IMG/VR virus record: IMGVR_UViG_3300016461_000001
Location: 1 to 52,885 of that record
Source of the DNA: a virus
Reading direction: 5' to 3' (one strand)
Length of the DNA stretch: 52,885 bases
Below, piece by piece: positions 14,482 to 22,201 of the stretch. Within the stretch, counting starts at the first letter, position 1. Every line of letters starts with the position of its first letter. The translations under genes were made by a program, and so were the position numbers. The notes below the pieces were generated by a model. It did not search any database. It saw only the letters and a program-made list of their open reading frames with translations, and was not told the DNA's origin.

Positions 14482-14849
14482 GCGGCCTCCGCCATGGCAG
14501 CGGCCTCGCGGCGCACGGCTTCCTCAAGCGCCTCGGTGGCGGCACGCTGGGCGGCGCGGGCTTCGGCGACGGTCGGAGGCGGCGGCACCCGGACCGGGCC
14601 CGGCTCGTCGTAGAAGGACGCCACCGGGACGCCGAGGAAGATGGCGACCTCCTCAAGCCGGCCGGCGCCGATGCGGTTGGCCCCGGCTTCGTACTTCTGC
14701 AGTTGCTGGAAGCTCACACCGAGGGCGGTGCCGAGTTCCGTCTGGCTCACCTTGGCGGCCTCGCGAGCGGCGCGGATGCGGCTGCCGATCTGAGCGTCGC
14801 GGTCGGTGGGGCGCTTCGGCCCGGGCACGGGCAGGGATTCGACGGTCAT
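14478..14849 (-). CDS. XRE-family HTH transcriptional regulator
   Basis: IGSRIRAAREAAKVSQTELGTALGVSFQQLQKYEAGANRIGAGRLEEVAIFLGVP. Confidence 0.8.
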   Translation of the reverse strand: MTVESLPVPGPKRPTDRDAQIGSRIRAAREAAKVSQTELGTALGVSFQQLQKYEAGANRIGAGRLEEVAIFLGVPVASFYDEPGPVRVPPPPTVAEARAAQRAATEALEEAVRREAAAMAEAA

Positions 14850-15235
14850 CGGATGCGCTCCTGCTGATGGGGTCTGCGGGCGGCGCCCGGCGGCCGCGGC
14901 GGCTTCTCGCCCTCGGCGACGCGACGCTCGAAGAAGTGCGGCCACGCCGGGTTGTTCTCGATCCAGAGGCGGGCGTAGTAGGCGCTGAAGTGATCGGTGA
15001 TCTTGTAGTGGCGGCCCGTGTTCTCGACGGACGCCTCCCAGCGGATGCGGTGCAGGATCGCGTCGGCCGAGAACCGGCGGTGTCCGCGCGCGATGGTCTG
15101 CCGCGCGAACCTGTCAAACAGCGCGTAGATCTCGGGGTGCTCGCGATGGAACTTCGCGAACGCCTCGCGCAGCGGCGCTGCGTCCTCGACCTCGGCCGGC
15201 GCGTAGCCGAACAGATCTCGGGCGCCGGCGCTCAT
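14846..15235 (-). CDS. Hypothetical protein (129 aa)
   Basis: Track ORF with non-repetitive composition. Overlap-coupled on both sides. Confidence 0.6.
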   Translation of the reverse strand: MSAGARDLFGYAPAEVEDAAPLREAFAKFHREHPEIYALFDRFARQTIARGHRRFSADAILHRIRWEASVENTGRHYKITDHFSAYYARLWIENNPAWPHFFERRVAEGEKPPRPPGAARRPHQQERIR

Positions 15236-15384
15236 CGGCCGAACTCCGCGGCGTGCAGATCGAACAGGCGGCCGGCCTGCTCCTCCTCCTCTTCGTCCGA
15301 GGCGCAGGACATGACGGCCAGCACCAGGAGCGCGACGAGGCTTGCGGCACCGAGGCCGACGAAGACGTCCAGCCAGAACATCAT
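15232..15384 (-). CDS. 50-aa single-TM mini-protein with acidic tail
   Basis: MMFWLDVFVGLGAASLVALLVLAVMSCASDEEEEEQAGRLF... ATGA overlaps. Confidence 0.45.
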   Translation of the reverse strand: MMFWLDVFVGLGAASLVALLVLAVMSCASDEEEEEQAGRLFDLHAAEFGR

Positions 15385-15704
15385 CCCGACACCAGCGCGA
15401 GCGCGGGGCGCCCGTCCTCTCTGCGCCGCACGGGCGGGGCTTCCTCTACGGCGACGACGGAGCCTTCCTGGAGCGCCACCAGCACCGGCAACAGCGCCTC
15501 GTGGTGCTCGGCGATGAAGGCTAGGAACCGGGCGGCATCGGCCATGGCCTGGCCGTGCTCGATCGCGCGGACCGTCGCGCGGTGCGTCGGGCGCTCGGGG
15601 CATCCGCCGAGGATGCTGGCGGCGTTGAGGCTGGCCCGGGCCGCAGCCTCGGCGGCGAGCGCGAGGCGCAGTGGGTCGATGGTGGAAAGGTCGAGGGCGC
15701 TCAA
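15381..15704 (-). CDS. Hypothetical protein (107 aa)
   Basis: Track ORF, overlap-coupled. Confidence 0.55.
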   Translation of the reverse strand: MSALDLSTIDPLRLALAAEAAARASLNAASILGGCPERPTHRATVRAIEHGQAMADAARFLAFIAEHHEALLPVLVALQEGSVVAVEEAPPVRRREDGRPALALVSG

Positions 15705-16114
15705 AACGGAAGCTCCTCATCTTGCAGGCCGCGCGCGGCCAGAACGGCGGCGCGCAGCTCCTCGCGGACGATGCGGACGGCCTCGACGCCGTAGGGATGC
15801 CGGTCGGGCTCGTGGCTGATGGCGGCCGAGAAGCCGGCGCACCAGCACAGCAGATCGGACATGCCCTCCGAGAGGACGGCGGCCCGGTCGGTGGTGAAGC
15901 GCAGGGCCAGTCCGGGCGGACGGGGCTGGACGGTAGCGAGCCGAGCGGCCGCTGCCTTCATGATCTCCGCCGCCGCGGCGAAATCGAACTTGCCGTTGTA
16001 CGAGAGGCCGCCACGGAAAGCCTTTTCCGGGTCCATCTCGATCTCGATGAACTCGACGGCCTGCCGCAGCATCGAGCTAAGATCCGCGATCAGGACTTCA
16101 TCGGAGGCGCTCAT
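15701..16114 (-). CDS. Hypothetical protein (137 aa)
   Basis: MSASDEVLIADLSSMLRQAVEFIEIEMDPEKAF... ATGA overlap with the exonuclease gene. The track N-terminal extension was rejected. Confidence 0.55.
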   Translation of the reverse strand: MSASDEVLIADLSSMLRQAVEFIEIEMDPEKAFRGGLSYNGKFDFAAAAEIMKAAAARLATVQPRPPGLALRFTTDRAAVLSEGMSDLLCWCAGFSAAISHEPDRHPYGVEAVRIVREELRAAVLAARGLQDEELPF

Positions 16115-16749
16115 GCCGCGGCCTCCATCTCGCCGGTGCCGAGCAGCTTCGCCACCCGGGCATCGACCTCGGCCAGGAAGGCGACCACGGCCGCCTCGTC
16201 CTTCGCGATCTGCGCGTCGTCGCGGTGCAGGCGCTTCACCCACAGCCGCAGGTGCGCCGGGACGCCGGGGTGCCAGGAGGCGAAGTCGCACCAGCGCCGG
16301 CCCGTGCAGGCGAGCTGCCAGCGGATCTGCGGCAGGTACTGCTCCGGGATCTGGCCCGTCAGCAGGGTGTCGAGGTGCGTCCGGAGCGTCGGAGCCTTTA
16401 TCTCCAGCAGGCCGTCAGCGCCGACGAGCCGGTCCGGGCTGGCGCCCGACATCGGGATCCGCGGGTGCTCGACGAAGCCGACCTGATCCAGATCCACCCC
16501 GAACAGGAAGGCGTAGGCGTCCGCGGCCTGCGGCTCGCGCTCCTGCCCCTCCAGCATCGGCCCGGTCAGGTAATGCGACGTCGCGAGGCCCGTCAGCCGC
16601 TCGCCGACAAGCTCCATCAGGTACCGTTCGCGCTCCGCGGTCGGCTTGCCGTCCTTCTTGAGAGCCAGCACGTCGGCGATGCGCGAGGCGGTGACCTTGC
16701 CTGTTCTGGCCTCCAGCCAGGCTGAACTTCCTTGGACCATCTCAAGCAT
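16111..16749 (-). CDS. YqaJ-like viral recombinase exonuclease (PD-(D/E)XK)
   Basis: GSSAWLEARTGKVTASRIADVL..., GASPDRLVGADGLLEIKAP, QIRWQLACTG. Confidence 0.8.
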   Translation of the reverse strand: MLEMVQGSSAWLEARTGKVTASRIADVLALKKDGKPTAERERYLMELVGERLTGLATSHYLTGPMLEGQEREPQAADAYAFLFGVDLDQVGFVEHPRIPMSGASPDRLVGADGLLEIKAPTLRTHLDTLLTGQIPEQYLPQIRWQLACTGRRWCDFASWHPGVPAHLRLWVKRLHRDDAQIAKDEAAVVAFLAEVDARVAKLLGTGEMEAAA

Positions 16750-17320
16750 GGGTCGCGCCCTCCAGCTTTCCGCGGCGAAGGCGCATGTGCGCAGCGCCAA
16801 TCGTGATGCCGATCGACTTCGCGAAATCGCCGAGCGGCATCACGCCCGCCGGCGTGCGCACCATCGTTAGACCGGGGCGGTTGCGGGCCTGCACTTCAGC
16901 GGTGGCCCAGCGGACGTTCCCCGGCTCGTAGCCACGACGTCCGTCAATTCGGTCCAGGGTAGTTCCTGGCGGGCGAGGCCCGATATGGTCGAAGAAGGAC
17001 TGGAACGATTCGATCCACTCCGGATGAACCGTGATCCCTTTGGCTCCGTACTTGCGGAAATCTTTGGACGCCGAGTTCAAGCAACGCTGACGCATTGCTG
17101 TCCATGAACTGTACTCCCGGCTACCGCGCATCCCGTGCTTTACGGATCCTGGGGGCGCCACGTGACGAAGGCAGCCGCAGGACTTGGTGACGCCGGACTT
17201 GACCCGGCTGATCATCACCGTGGCCTCATTACCGCATGAGCACTGGTACAGCCCCATGCGGTGCCCATCGCCGGAGCGGCTATCGAGCGCGCGAACAAAG
17301 GTCAGGCGCATCTCCGCCAT
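16742..17320 (-). CDS. HNH/AP2-like homing-endonuclease-type protein inserted between erf and exo
   Basis: YQCSCGNEATV..SCGC, HGMRGSREYSSWTAMRQRC, YGAKGITVHPEW, LDRIDGRRGYEPGNVRWAT. Locally lower G+C. Confidence 0.6.
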   Translation of the reverse strand: MAEMRLTFVRALDSRSGDGHRMGLYQCSCGNEATVMISRVKSGVTKSCGCLRHVAPPGSVKHGMRGSREYSSWTAMRQRCLNSASKDFRKYGAKGITVHPEWIESFQSFFDHIGPRPPGTTLDRIDGRRGYEPGNVRWATAEVQARNRPGLTMVRTPAGVMPLGDFAKSIGITIGAAHMRLRRGKLEGATHA

Positions 17321-17322
17321 GA

Positions 17323-18078
17323 TCAGCGCCCCCTCTGGTTGCGGGCGTAGTCGTTGATCATGCTGACCGCCTCGGCGTGCCGGGTGGCGGGCAGATCCGG
17401 GATGCTCTCGACCTTGAAGAAGCGCAGGAACTGGTCGATGCGCACGCCGTGCTTCTTGATCAGATTGCGGATCTCGTCGGCTTGGTCGTCGCTGATCACC
17501 GGGGCGCCACCGCCGGCTCGGCCGTCGTCGTCCTCGCCGGTGCTGGTGATGTTGAGGATCGCCATCGCGACGTAGCGCTTGCCGTAGCTCGTCGAGGAGC
17601 CGACCGCCTGCACCGCGTTCTTCGAGCCGCTGTTGTCGAGAGGCAGCTCCATGGTGGTCTCTTCGGCGTGGCCGTCCCGGTGCATCAGGACGCCAGTCAC
17701 CGAGAGCTTGCCGCCCGCGTTGCTCCCCACGCGGAAGGTCAGCGAGAACCCGTGCCGCCCCATGGTGGGCCGGATCGCCTCGTTCAAATCCTCCCAGAGG
17801 GCGAACTTCGCCTGCTTATCGCCGCGGCCGCGCTCGCGGACGCCAGGGAGCTCCTGCTGCAGCTCGGCGAGGGCGGAAGCGAACGCGGCACGGGCGCGCT
17901 GCGCCAGGACGCGCTCCTGCATCTGGAGGAGGCGCTCCATCTTGTCGATGTCGACGTTCGGGTCGCACGCGGCCCGCTCGATCATGCTGATGATCGCCGT
18001 GGACTCGCTCTGCACGACCGCCGGCGGTGCGGCGCGCGGCTCCTCGACGGTGGCGATCTGCTGCTGGGGCTGGCTCAC
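17323..18078 (-). CDS. erf: ERF-family single-strand annealing protein
   Basis: NAVQAVGSSTSYGKRYVAMAILNI is the Erf signature. GTG start at 18078 with a GGAGA RBS and a GTGA overlap. Confidence 0.75.
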   Translation of the reverse strand: MSQPQQQIATVEEPRAAPPAVVQSESTAIISMIERAACDPNVDIDKMERLLQMQERVLAQRARAAFASALAELQQELPGVRERGRGDKQAKFALWEDLNEAIRPTMGRHGFSLTFRVGSNAGGKLSVTGVLMHRDGHAEETTMELPLDNSGSKNAVQAVGSSTSYGKRYVAMAILNITSTGEDDDGRAGGGAPVISDDQADEIRNLIKKHGVRIDQFLRFFKVESIPDLPATRHAEAVSMINDYARNQRGR

Positions 18079-18413
18079 TGCTGCGTCTCCGTGTTGGACG
18101 CGCGCCCGGCCTGCCGCGCGAACCGCGCGGTCTCGGCCTTCACGCCGTCGATGTGCTCGGGGTCGTAGGGGTCGGCGATCGCGGCGGCGCAGATGCGCTG
18201 CAGCTCGTAGCGGACCGCCGTGAAGGCCTCGCCGGAGGCCAGCGTGTCGCCGAGGCGGACGCTCGTGCCCTCGAAGGCGCGGACGATCTCGACGGCGAGC
18301 GCGCGATTGCCGAACGGCAGCGAGGCGAAGCGCCGGCCGGTGTCGTAGAGGCGCTGCGCGGCCTGCCGAGGCGTCACGCCCTCGACGTGCGCGGGGTGCG
18401 TGGCGGCCCTCAT
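18075..18413 (-). CDS. Hypothetical protein (112 aa)
   Basis: Track ORF, overlap-coupled. Confidence 0.55.
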   Translation of the reverse strand: MRAATHPAHVEGVTPRQAAQRLYDTGRRFASLPFGNRALAVEIVRAFEGTSVRLGDTLASGEAFTAVRYELQRICAAAIADPYDPEHIDGVKAETARFARQAGRASNTETQQ

Positions 18414-18811
18414 CGCGCACCGTCCCGGCGCTTACGCGCATGGTCGAGGACGGTCACGGACAGAGGCAGCTTGCCCGGCTGCATCTTGTGCGCGGCGACG
18501 GACAGGTCCGGCAGCATGGCCGCGATCAGGTGCGTCGCCTCGCTGGACCGGCCCTTCGCGATCAGCTCCTGGATGGCGAGCACGTCGTTCAAGGTGACGG
18601 CGAGGGCGACGCGCAGGCGTCGGTTCTCGGCGCTCGCCAGACCGATCGCCCGCTCGCGCACTGCGGCGCTGAAACCGACATGCGCCAGGGCGAGGTCGGC
18701 CTGCAGGACCGTGTAGGACGGGAGCCCGAACGAGGTCAGGGCTTCGTCCACGACCTCGACGAGGCGCTCGCGCTCGGTCGGCGTGAGAGGGGCAGCGACA
18801 GCGGGCGTCAT
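18410..18811 (-). CDS. Hypothetical protein (133 aa)
   Basis: MTPAVAAPLTPTERERLVEVVDEAL... ATGA overlap. Confidence 0.55.
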   Translation of the reverse strand: MTPAVAAPLTPTERERLVEVVDEALTSFGLPSYTVLQADLALAHVGFSAAVRERAIGLASAENRRLRVALAVTLNDVLAIQELIAKGRSSEATHLIAAMLPDLSVAAHKMQPGKLPLSVTVLDHARKRRDGAR

Positions 18812-19140
18812 GCGCGGTGCTCCCGGATCTGGCGGCGGAGGCGCCACAGCGTCGGGCCGACGCTCTTGGGGGCGAGGCGGAAGCGGTCGGCGATCTCTTC
18901 ATTCGAGAGACCGTCCTGCTTGGCGGCGAGGAGACGGGCGTTCTGCGCGGCGGTGCGCTTGCAGCCGCGACCGGCGCGGCCGGGGCGATCAACCTGCACG
19001 TCCATGTCGGCGGTGTAGGTCAGCACGCAGCGGCCGGAGACACCGAGCAGCGCACCAATGTCGTCCAGCGGCATCCGCTCTGCGCGCAGGCGGCGCATCT
19101 CCTCGCGCATCCGGTTGGTGACGGGCTTTCCCTTCGGCAC
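18808..19140 (-). CDS. DNA-binding protein with two HTH-like segments
   Basis: MPLDDIGALLGVSGRCVL and GLSNEEIADRFRLAPKSVGPTLWRLRRQI. GTG start. Confidence 0.55.
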   Translation of the reverse strand: MPKGKPVTNRMREEMRRLRAERMPLDDIGALLGVSGRCVLTYTADMDVQVDRPGRAGRGCKRTAAQNARLLAAKQDGLSNEEIADRFRLAPKSVGPTLWRLRRQIREHRA

Positions 19141-19146
19141 GGCGCG

Positions 19147-19518
19147 TCACTCCGGTTGGAGGTCGGCGACGATCCGGGCGCGCTCCGTGGCGCTCGGCTC
19201 GGTGCGGTGGAGGTGCAGCTCGGTCACCGCCTTCGGCAGGACAGCGAGGAAGGCGCGGGCGGTCACCACGTCCGGGCACAGCGTGACGCGCACGGGCTGG
19301 GCGAGGCCGTTCGAGTTGCCAGTGCCGTCGCGGCGGACCGCGATCACCACGGCGTCGATCAGGTCGGCCGGGTCGAGGTCCTTCGGCAGGTAGATGCCGG
19401 CGACGTAGATGCGGTTGGAGTGGCCGCGCCACTTCGTCAGAGCGAGCGGAGGGCAGCCGACAATCGCGCTGCCGGCGCGCAGCAGCTCCTCGCGGGGGAG
19501 AGTCTGAGCGGCGGACAT
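19147..19518 (-). CDS. Hypothetical protein (123 aa)
   Basis: Track ORF. Confidence 0.55.
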   Translation of the reverse strand: MSAAQTLPREELLRAGSAIVGCPPLALTKWRGHSNRIYVAGIYLPKDLDPADLIDAVVIAVRRDGTGNSNGLAQPVRVTLCPDVVTARAFLAVLPKAVTELHLHRTEPSATERARIVADLQPE

Positions 19519-19730
19519 CAGCGCCTCCGCTCGAAAGCGTCCGCGCCGAGCACGTCGCGCGGCGTCAGGCGGTCGTCGTCAGCCTCGGCCACGACGACGA
19601 AGGGGACGCTGGCCGCGTATCGGCGCGGGGCCGGACGCAGCCGCTGCGCGGGCTTGCCCTGCGCGGCGGCGAGAGCGCGGCGGGCCCGGAGGTCGAGCAG
19701 CGCGGCGTCCCAGTTGAAGGGGGCCGACAT
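19518..19730 (-). CDS. Hypothetical protein (70 aa)
   Basis: Track ORF. TGATG junction with the next gene. Confidence 0.5.
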   Translation of the reverse strand: MSAPFNWDAALLDLRARRALAAAQGKPAQRLRPAPRRYAASVPFVVVAEADDDRLTPRDVLGADAFERRR

Positions 19731-19898
19731 CTACTTGATGCCCTGCGAGGCGCGGCGGGCCGACAGGAGCTGGTCACCGACGTGACCGCATCCCCAGAAG
19801 AAACCGCCTAGCCCGACGATCCCGAGCGAGGCGTAAGTGACCATCTGCGTGGCAGATGCCGAGGCGGTGGCAAGGTAGAGATCGAGGGCGGCGAGCAT
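19731..19898 (-). CDS. 55-aa two-TM mini-protein, first gene of the leftward early operon
   Basis: Hand-translated: MLAALDLYLATASASATQMVTYASLGIVGLGGFFWGCGHVGDQLLSARRASQGIK. GGAG RBS. Confidence 0.45.
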   Translation of the reverse strand: MLAALDLYLATASASATQMVTYASLGIVGLGGFFWGCGHVGDQLLSARRASQGIK

Positions 19899-19927
19899 TG
19901 GGGCGCTCCATCGGGAACGCCCTGATA

Positions 19928-19954
19928 CTTTCTGTTTTTCAGAAGCGCGTCAAG
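19928..19954 (-). promoter_or_regulatory. OL/PL-like promoter-operator
   Basis: The minus strand reads GCTTGACG-N17-AAGTAT with CTTCTGAAAAACAGAAAG in the spacer. It shares GCTTGACG..CTTCTGAAAA with the OR region. Confidence 0.5.
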
Positions 19955-20615
19955 CGCGATTTTCGAAATTCAGAAATACGTGGTCGTCGTCGGCTTCCGA
20001 TCGGCGCGCGAGAGTGCCGGCCTGCGTAGCCGGAACGATGTTGGTAACGATCGCGGCCCACTCGACCGCCTGCGCCAGCATCGGCTCATCGTTCGAGCTG
20101 AGAAGGTCGAAGCGGTCGGGGTACTTGCTGGAGTGGAGGAATTTGACGACGCGCTGGCCGCCAGGCAGCCCGCAGACGCAAAGCTGGTCGACTTGGTCCG
20201 GCGTCGGAGGCGCGTGCTTCTCACCGATGAAGGCGATGAAGCCATGCCCCGCTATGCCGCGCATCGAGTCGCCTTCAACTTCCAGGGCGCCACGAGCTGG
20301 TGCGCTCCGAGCCGGCAGGGCGATCCAATCGACCGGCCCTCCGTTCTCGCCGAAGAGCACCGCCTCGTTCCGCCCTCCTGCCACCTTGCCTAGGAGTGGA
20401 ACAAACGCAGTCCGATGGAAAGGGGGCGGCTCAACTTCTAGGTATGAAGCAATTTTGGCGACGTCAGAGACTTTCAATTCCTGATCGCCGTCGAGGAGCC
20501 GATTCACTGCGCTTTGTGAACGACCTAGCACGCGAGCGAGGCCGGCGCGGTTGATCCCGCGAGCCTGCCCGTCCCCGCTATCCACAACGTCTCTGATCCA
20601 CTGCTTATGGTCCAT
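19950..20615 (-). CDS. CI/LexA-like repressor (HTH plus S24 peptidase domain)
   Basis: GINRAGLARVLGRSQSAVNRLLDG (HTH). VEGDSMRGI and RVVKFL (Ser/Lys dyad context). Start MDHKQWIRD at 20615. Confidence 0.8.
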   Translation of the reverse strand: MDHKQWIRDVVDSGDGQARGINRAGLARVLGRSQSAVNRLLDGDQELKVSDVAKIASYLEVEPPPFHRTAFVPLLGKVAGGRNEAVLFGENGGPVDWIALPARSAPARGALEVEGDSMRGIAGHGFIAFIGEKHAPPTPDQVDQLCVCGLPGGQRVVKFLHSSKYPDRFDLLSSNDEPMLAQAVEWAAIVTNIVPATQAGTLARRSEADDDHVFLNFENRA

Positions 20616-20652
20616 GAGATCGTTGTGCGCAGTCGCCAGAAGGGCGCAATCT

Positions 20653-20698
20653 CGTTTTTCAGAAACGCCGCTTGACGAGAGCTTCTGAAAATCAGAAG
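20653..20698 (+). promoter_or_regulatory. OR/PR-like region with a perfect 17-bp palindromic operator
   Basis: CTTGAC at 20671-20676. CTTCTGAAAATCAGAAG at 20682-20698. TTTTTCAGAAA half-site at 20656-20666. The cro-like ATG is only 9 nt downstream. Confidence 0.55.
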
Positions 20699-20706
20699 CT
20701 CCGCGG

Positions 20707-20952
20707 ATGGAGCCCGCGCGTACCATCATTGAGCTGCTCGGCGGAGAGGCCGAGGTTGCCCGCATCGCGGGGGTGGCAATCACTGCGCCCTACCGATGGC
20801 AGGCTGCAAAGGCCAAGGGCGGCACTGGCGGGATGGTGCCGCACTGGCACATCGGCAAGCTTCTTGAGCATGCCGCCGCCAATGGCATCGAGCTGACTGC
20901 TGCAAGCTTCGCTCCTGTCTTTCCAGTGGCGCAGCCGGAACAGGCCGCCTGA
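20707..20952 (+). CDS. Cro-like small DNA-binding regulator
   Basis: IIELLGGEAEVARIAGVAITAPYRWQ... Divergent from the repressor. Confidence 0.55.
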   Translation: MEPARTIIELLGGEAEVARIAGVAITAPYRWQAAKAKGGTGGMVPHWHIGKLLEHAAANGIELTAASFAPVFPVAQPEQAA

Positions 20953-21095
20953 TGCCGTCCGCGCTCACCACGCTCTTGCTGCTGCCCGCAGTCTGCTCCG
21001 TGCTGGTGCCGCTGGCCTGCCTGCTGTGGTGCCGCGGCCTCGTCCCGATCCTCGCGACGACCTTCGTCGTCGCCGCCTGCGTGGTGCTCACGTGA
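20952..21095 (+). CDS. 47-aa Cys-rich two-TM mini-protein
   Basis: Hand-translated: MPSALTTLLLLPAVCSVLVPLACLLWCRGLVPILATTFVVAACVVLT. TGATG junction. Confidence 0.4.
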   Translation: MPSALTTLLLLPAVCSVLVPLACLLWCRGLVPILATTFVVAACVVLT

Positions 21096-21166
21096 GCACC
21101 GTCGCCTCTTTCACCCTTCCGCGTCGGGCGTCCAACGCCACCACTTCCGGCCCGTCGCGGAGACTT

Positions 21167-21207
21167 GCTCGGCCCATAACGCCCACCGGGCCGAGCCTCT
21201 TTCTTTC
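21167..21207 (+). terminator. Rho-independent terminator after the cro operon (tR1-like)
   Basis: GCTCGGCCC / GGGCCGAGC 9-bp stem, 12-nt loop, then CTCTTTCTTTC. Confidence 0.6.
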
Positions 21208-21459
21208 AGCTCTCCGCGCGCTGGGCCTTCGGCGCGTGGATCGAGCGCCCCGCGGCGACATCGCCGTGACCCGCCGCGGGGTCGCCTATCGCTCGCACAC
21301 GTCGCTCTTCCGCCAAGTCGAAGACGTGCGCGCGCCTGTAAATCCGGATTGTTGTTCTGCGTACCGGATCCCCCTGCATCTGCTGCCCCTCTCTCGTGCG
21401 TCCGTAAGACAGCACGAGGGAATGCGCAGATGTGCGCAAATGGAAGAGGTCCGCGCAGG

Positions 21460-21885
21460 ATGATCACACCTGATGATGCGCGAGAGGCTGTCCGGCCTCC
21501 GCTGGTCCTACTGGTAGATCACCACGTCGAGCAGGGCGCAGACCGAATGCAGGCCTATGGTCGCGTCGCCGGTCTCGTCGGTCGCTCGTCTGCATGGGTG
21601 CGTCGAGTCCTCGGTCGCGATCCCCGCGCGACCGTCGGCTTGCACGACGCCCTCAACATCCGCGCCGCCTACGACCGCGTCTGTGCGCGCGTCGAGGCTA
21701 CCACCGCTCGCGTCGATGCGCTCGCCGACGCGCTGGAGGACTACGCCGATGAAGCTCCTGCGCGCACTTCGCGATCTGCTGCGCGCTCTGTCCCGGCTGC
21801 TGCACGTGCTCCCGCGCGTCGCCGCCAGGATCTGCGCTTCCGGCGCGCGCCGCTGATCCCCGTCTCGGCCCTCGCGGCCGCCTGA
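21460..21885 (+). CDS. Hypothetical protein (141 aa), possible regulator
   Basis: MITPDDAREAVRPPLVLLVDHHVEQGADRMQAYGRVAGLVGRSSAWVRRVLG... This is an internal start of the track ORF. Confidence 0.5.
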   Translation: MITPDDAREAVRPPLVLLVDHHVEQGADRMQAYGRVAGLVGRSSAWVRRVLGRDPRATVGLHDALNIRAAYDRVCARVEATTARVDALADALEDYADEAPARTSRSAARSVPAAARAPARRRQDLRFRRAPLIPVSALAAA

Positions 21886-21919
21886 GCTTCGGCCAACCCG
21901 GCCAGAAGGGAGAGAACCC

Positions 21920-22135
21920 ATGAACGACGCAAAGAAGAACTTCCTCGCCAACCTGTTCGGCGTCGCCGCGCACGAGGTCGAAAGCTTGGTCGGCAAGCTG
22001 AAGGACGCGCTCAGTCACGAGGCTGGCGACGAGACCGCGGCCGTGGAGCCGCGTGTCGCGGCGCTGGAGACCGAGGTCGCCGAGCTGCGGAAGACCCTCG
22101 AGGACCTGACCGCCCCCGAGCAGCAGGCCGCCTGA
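21920..22135 (+). CDS. Hypothetical coiled-coil protein (71 aa)
   Basis: Track ORF with a GGGAGAG RBS. Followed by the GC hairpin CCGCCGCCCG/CGGGCGGCGG at 22143-22169. Confidence 0.55.
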   Translation: MNDAKKNFLANLFGVAAHEVESLVGKLKDALSHEAGDETAAVEPRVAALETEVAELRKTLEDLTAPEQQAA

Positions 22136-22201
22136 ACGCGAACCGCCGCCCGGGTTCAGCGGGCGGCGGCGGTCGCATCGTCTTCGTAACTGGAGAGCAC
22201 C

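Noticed and set aside
21026-21467. Track ORFs 21026..21463 (plus), 21111..21467 (minus) and 21206..21439 (minus)
   Set aside because: They overlap one another, are Arg-rich, and span a terminator and hairpins. The region was treated as non-coding regulatory sequence.
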